A DNA stretch of 64,000 bases, from the NCBI GenBank assembly GCA_965637545.1, contig OZ281495.1, positions 21,700,001 to 21,764,000 on the forward strand. The letters run 5' to 3'. This DNA is from Phallusia mammillata. Lineage: Eukaryota. Shown here in pieces: positions 60,849-64,000 of this stretch (position 1 is its first letter; each line of letters begins with the position of its first letter). Under the pieces are notes generated by a model. It saw nothing but the letters and a program-made list of their open reading frames with translations. It had not been told where the DNA came from and did not search any database. The position numbers and the translations under genes are program-made.

Positions 60849-63800
60849 ACGAAAAAGTTAGTCAAGAACTGTCCGGTACCGATCAGGAAGGCATAAGTTT
60901 GCGAGTTAACAAAGAAAGGCTGCCCTCAGCTGAAGAGGACGAATTATCAGGTGACAGTGACCAGATTGACGACGGAAACGCGTTCCTTGTAAGTAACTTT
61001 TAGTTTATTTGCAGTTTAACTTTCTTTTGTTTATTTGCAGTTTAAAAGTACCTTTTACCGTTCATGTTTGCGCAGTTAACCTATTTTCCTCATTTCACAG
61101 AGCGCGGACGGCTTAAACGAATCTGACATGATGCGAAGACACCACGGCTACGAAATGGTAGGTGGCCTCGAAAGCCGGCGACAACGAGGCATGCATGTGT
61201 CTTTTTGTGTGGTGCAGCAGGCGGTTGTCGGTGCCACAACCGTATCCGTATTGGGTGTTACGTTGCAGCGTCCCTACCATTCTCCTTTGTGCGTTAACAG
61301 TCAACCCGCCTATGTTGTCTGCAAAGCTAGTTCCCCATTTTTGTGTGCTGCACATTCTCAGAAAGCCAAAATAAAGCCCCGGTTTTGTTCAAGCTGCATA
61401 AACTGCATCATTTAATGGAGCTTACGTCCGGGCTCTATGTGATGACTGCGACCACGTTGCCTATTTACGCTTCCCTAGCTGATATCTTTCGAAACAAAGC
61501 CACGCAGCTCGTTAATTTGTTGGCATTAATCACTCTTGAGGCATTTGGACAACGTGCATGTGTCCAATTTTGCGACCTGGCACGAATTAAAACAGCAGCT
61601 CACGTTTTCGTGTAGTAGGTTTGCAAGCGCAATCCGTACATATCTTAATATAATGCTCTTTTTCACTACGCCCAAAAACTATTTTGTTACTTTAACAAAA
61701 ACTATTTTGGTTTTTAAGAAAAAAAACCTTACATATGTTGTTAAATTCCCTGTGTATTGTAGGAAGAAGCCGAACAACTAGAGAAGCTAGAAATCTTTGC
61801 CAAAGAATTCAAGCAAAAACGAATCAAGATGGGTTTCACGCAGGGTGACGTCGGTCTTGCAATGGGTCGTCTCTACGGCAACGACTTTAGCCAAACCACA
61901 ATATCGCGATTCGAAGCTCTCAATCTCAGGTACGGGTACATATTTAGCTATGCAATTCTTTCCTGTTTGACATAATTTCTACTTCTACGTAAATTTAACT
62001 TGCGGTCGCAATTCTTCCTCCTGGGACTGATATTGTCTCGTTTCATCGCTTTCGGCTGCAAGTACGTCATGTCGACAAGCAAGAATAATGTAAATACCCT
62101 TAGGCTGTATACCAAGAACCGGTGGCTTATTTTGAGTTTCGATGGTGCCGACGCTGTATGACACAAAACCGGTACTTTGTACCAACGCCCTGCTTGTGGT
62201 CAACCGTCCATTAAGTCCCAATTTTGTTTTTCAGCTTCAAAAATATGTGCAAGCTGAAACCCTTACTCGAAAGGTGGCTACAGGACACAAATACCGTTCT
62301 TATGGACGCTAAAGACGGTAAGAGAACACCAGAACTACGTATAGCTTTTTTGATTTTTTTAATGTTTGTTTCACTAAAATACCTAGAACAAAACTGCATT
62401 TTTGCTTGCGAAATTACAGTCGAAATATACTTTATCTGGGAATTTCTATTTTCAGTGATCAGTTTTGTGTAACCCTTATTATTGAAGGCGTTAAAACGGT
62501 TGTAAAAGCGATTAAATCGGCTGTATAGCGATTAACAGTTTGGCCCCAAGCGACAAGTTTTTTAAAAATAATTTAACATTAGGTTGTTGCAATTTTGTTT
62601 GAAAAGAGCTGCTTTCATTGCCACCTTAAATAATTGGCGTGGAGTTTAACCAACGGGCGGAGGTCCCTCAAATGCTTCTTGGCTTTCGATTGTTTGCGTT
62701 ACAATGACCGGGGTCTGCAGGCGTGTCGCGTCCTCCCCGGGCCCGATACAAGCTCGTCTTCATTGTTTCTTACCAAGCGTTCCCTGGGTGAGAGTAGCGT
62801 CGCAGCGGAAGGTCTTTTCATATTCTCGCGATGGGACTTCCTGTGGGTGCCACAATAGGTGCCTGTAAGAAAATGCATATGCTAATCAATGCAATCGCTA
62901 GGTTCATTTTCCTCGGAGCAAGGAAGGCCTGAATGGGCAAAAACGGCCAACCATATGCTGACTCGGTGTTGTTTAGGGTGCAAGGAACGTAGTGTTGCTT
63001 CGTGGAAATTTTTTTGTGACAGCTGTTTGTATAGACATCGTTAAATGCTCCACTCTATCCACGTGGAGGTGTCACGCTTATATTCGCACCGATTAGTATT
63101 TCAAGAGACCGGCGGGTTAGGTTACTTGTATGTTGCAACCTTTATGCATTTCGACCCGGTGTGTAGTAACGGGCTGCATTGAAATCCACTATTTCCCTCC
63201 AGAGATTTTAATTAGCTCCACGGTGGCATACTTAGGCCGACAAAGGTGCCTTTGATATCCTTTGCAAAGACATCCATAGTGAATAGTAACAATGAAATAT
63301 CTTATGCAAATCTCTTTGAACCATCTACAATAGCTTTTTTTAAATCAAGCAAAGCTCCTTCCGATATATTGGTGTTTGTAATTTCCAAATAACTTATTAG
63401 GTTCCGTGTGGAACAAACAGATTTCGATGTTTCATTTGCAACACTAAATTTGCCCACATTGATTTAAATTCAATGCAAAACTTTAGCAAGTGACTTGTAC
63501 AACATGCAACCTTAAGGTTCATGGACCAATTGCGTGCTTTTTGTGTACTTTGTGTCGTTTGTACTTTGTACCTCTACCTTGATAACACTATCAGTGGCAT
63601 TTCGGCGATCATGTTTCACAGAATGTCACATTCGCGTCTTTTCTGTGTTTGACTGCGCGTTCCCAAGACAACCAGAGCAAATTTAGCGTTAGGCAGTTTT
63701 TCGCCCTAAAGTATGCTACGGTTTTAATTTGACCTGTTATGTATCAAAATGCGCAGAGAAATGGCGCTAACATTGATTATAAACAGAAATTTTAATATAG

Positions 63801-63993
63801 GAAAGTCCATTGCGCAGCGGGTCGGCCCTTTTGAGAAAGTTTTTAATCGTTTGCATATTGTCTTTCCCCAATTGTAGGCCGTCCTGTGGTGATGCCGCAA
63901 CTTGATCCCCAGTATCAGTCCGGTAGAAAACGGAAAAAGCGAACCAGCATCGACCAGAAGAAGCGCAGCACACTTGACGTCATTTTTAGCCAG
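60849..63993 (+). CDS. POU2: POU class 2 (Oct-1/Oct-2-like) homeobox transcription factor, partial (5' exons uncertain, homeodomain truncated by window end)
   Basis: In-frame exons 60849-60988, 61101-61157, 61763-61929, 62235-62317 and 63878-63993. POU-specific domain [71 protein letters not shown] has class-2 diagnostic residues ([24 protein letters not shown]). Homeodomain start is RKRKKRTSI. Confidence 0.92.
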
Positions 63994-64000
63994 GTAAGCA

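Overview
AT-rich, compact, intron-containing eukaryotic DNA, probably from an invertebrate deuterostome such as an ascidian. That assignment is an inference from the short introns and the divergent POU homeodomain. Most of the window (about 180-56,700, minus strand) is a head-to-tail cluster of six paralogous adhesion GPCR genes, labelled here A (right) to F (left). A-E are complete; F runs off the left edge. I assembled exon chains by hand from splice sites, phases and paralog alignment. Genes B-E share the layout signal peptide, non-canonical C-type-lectin-like domain, unrecognised single-exon 'X' module, 1 to about 21 EGF/EGF-Ca exons, GAIN/GPS (HL|TNFA) and 7TM. F lacks the lectin; A has a different short N-terminus. 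Notable shared traits are a multibasic convertase-type site inside GAIN, one surplus Cys in GPS plus one in ECL2, and near-identical TM2-3 exons between otherwise distant paralogs. Gene C carries a recent 2.76-kb tandem duplication of five EGF exons and a transposon inserted into an EGF exon. A gene B intron holds an atypical tRNA-like gene next to a perfect 64-bp hairpin. The right end (plus strand) holds a POU class 2 (Oct1/2-like) homeobox gene, truncated by the window edge. Several hAT-type MITEs with 8-bp target-site duplications (TSDs) are present. There is no prokaryotic content and no CRISPR array.
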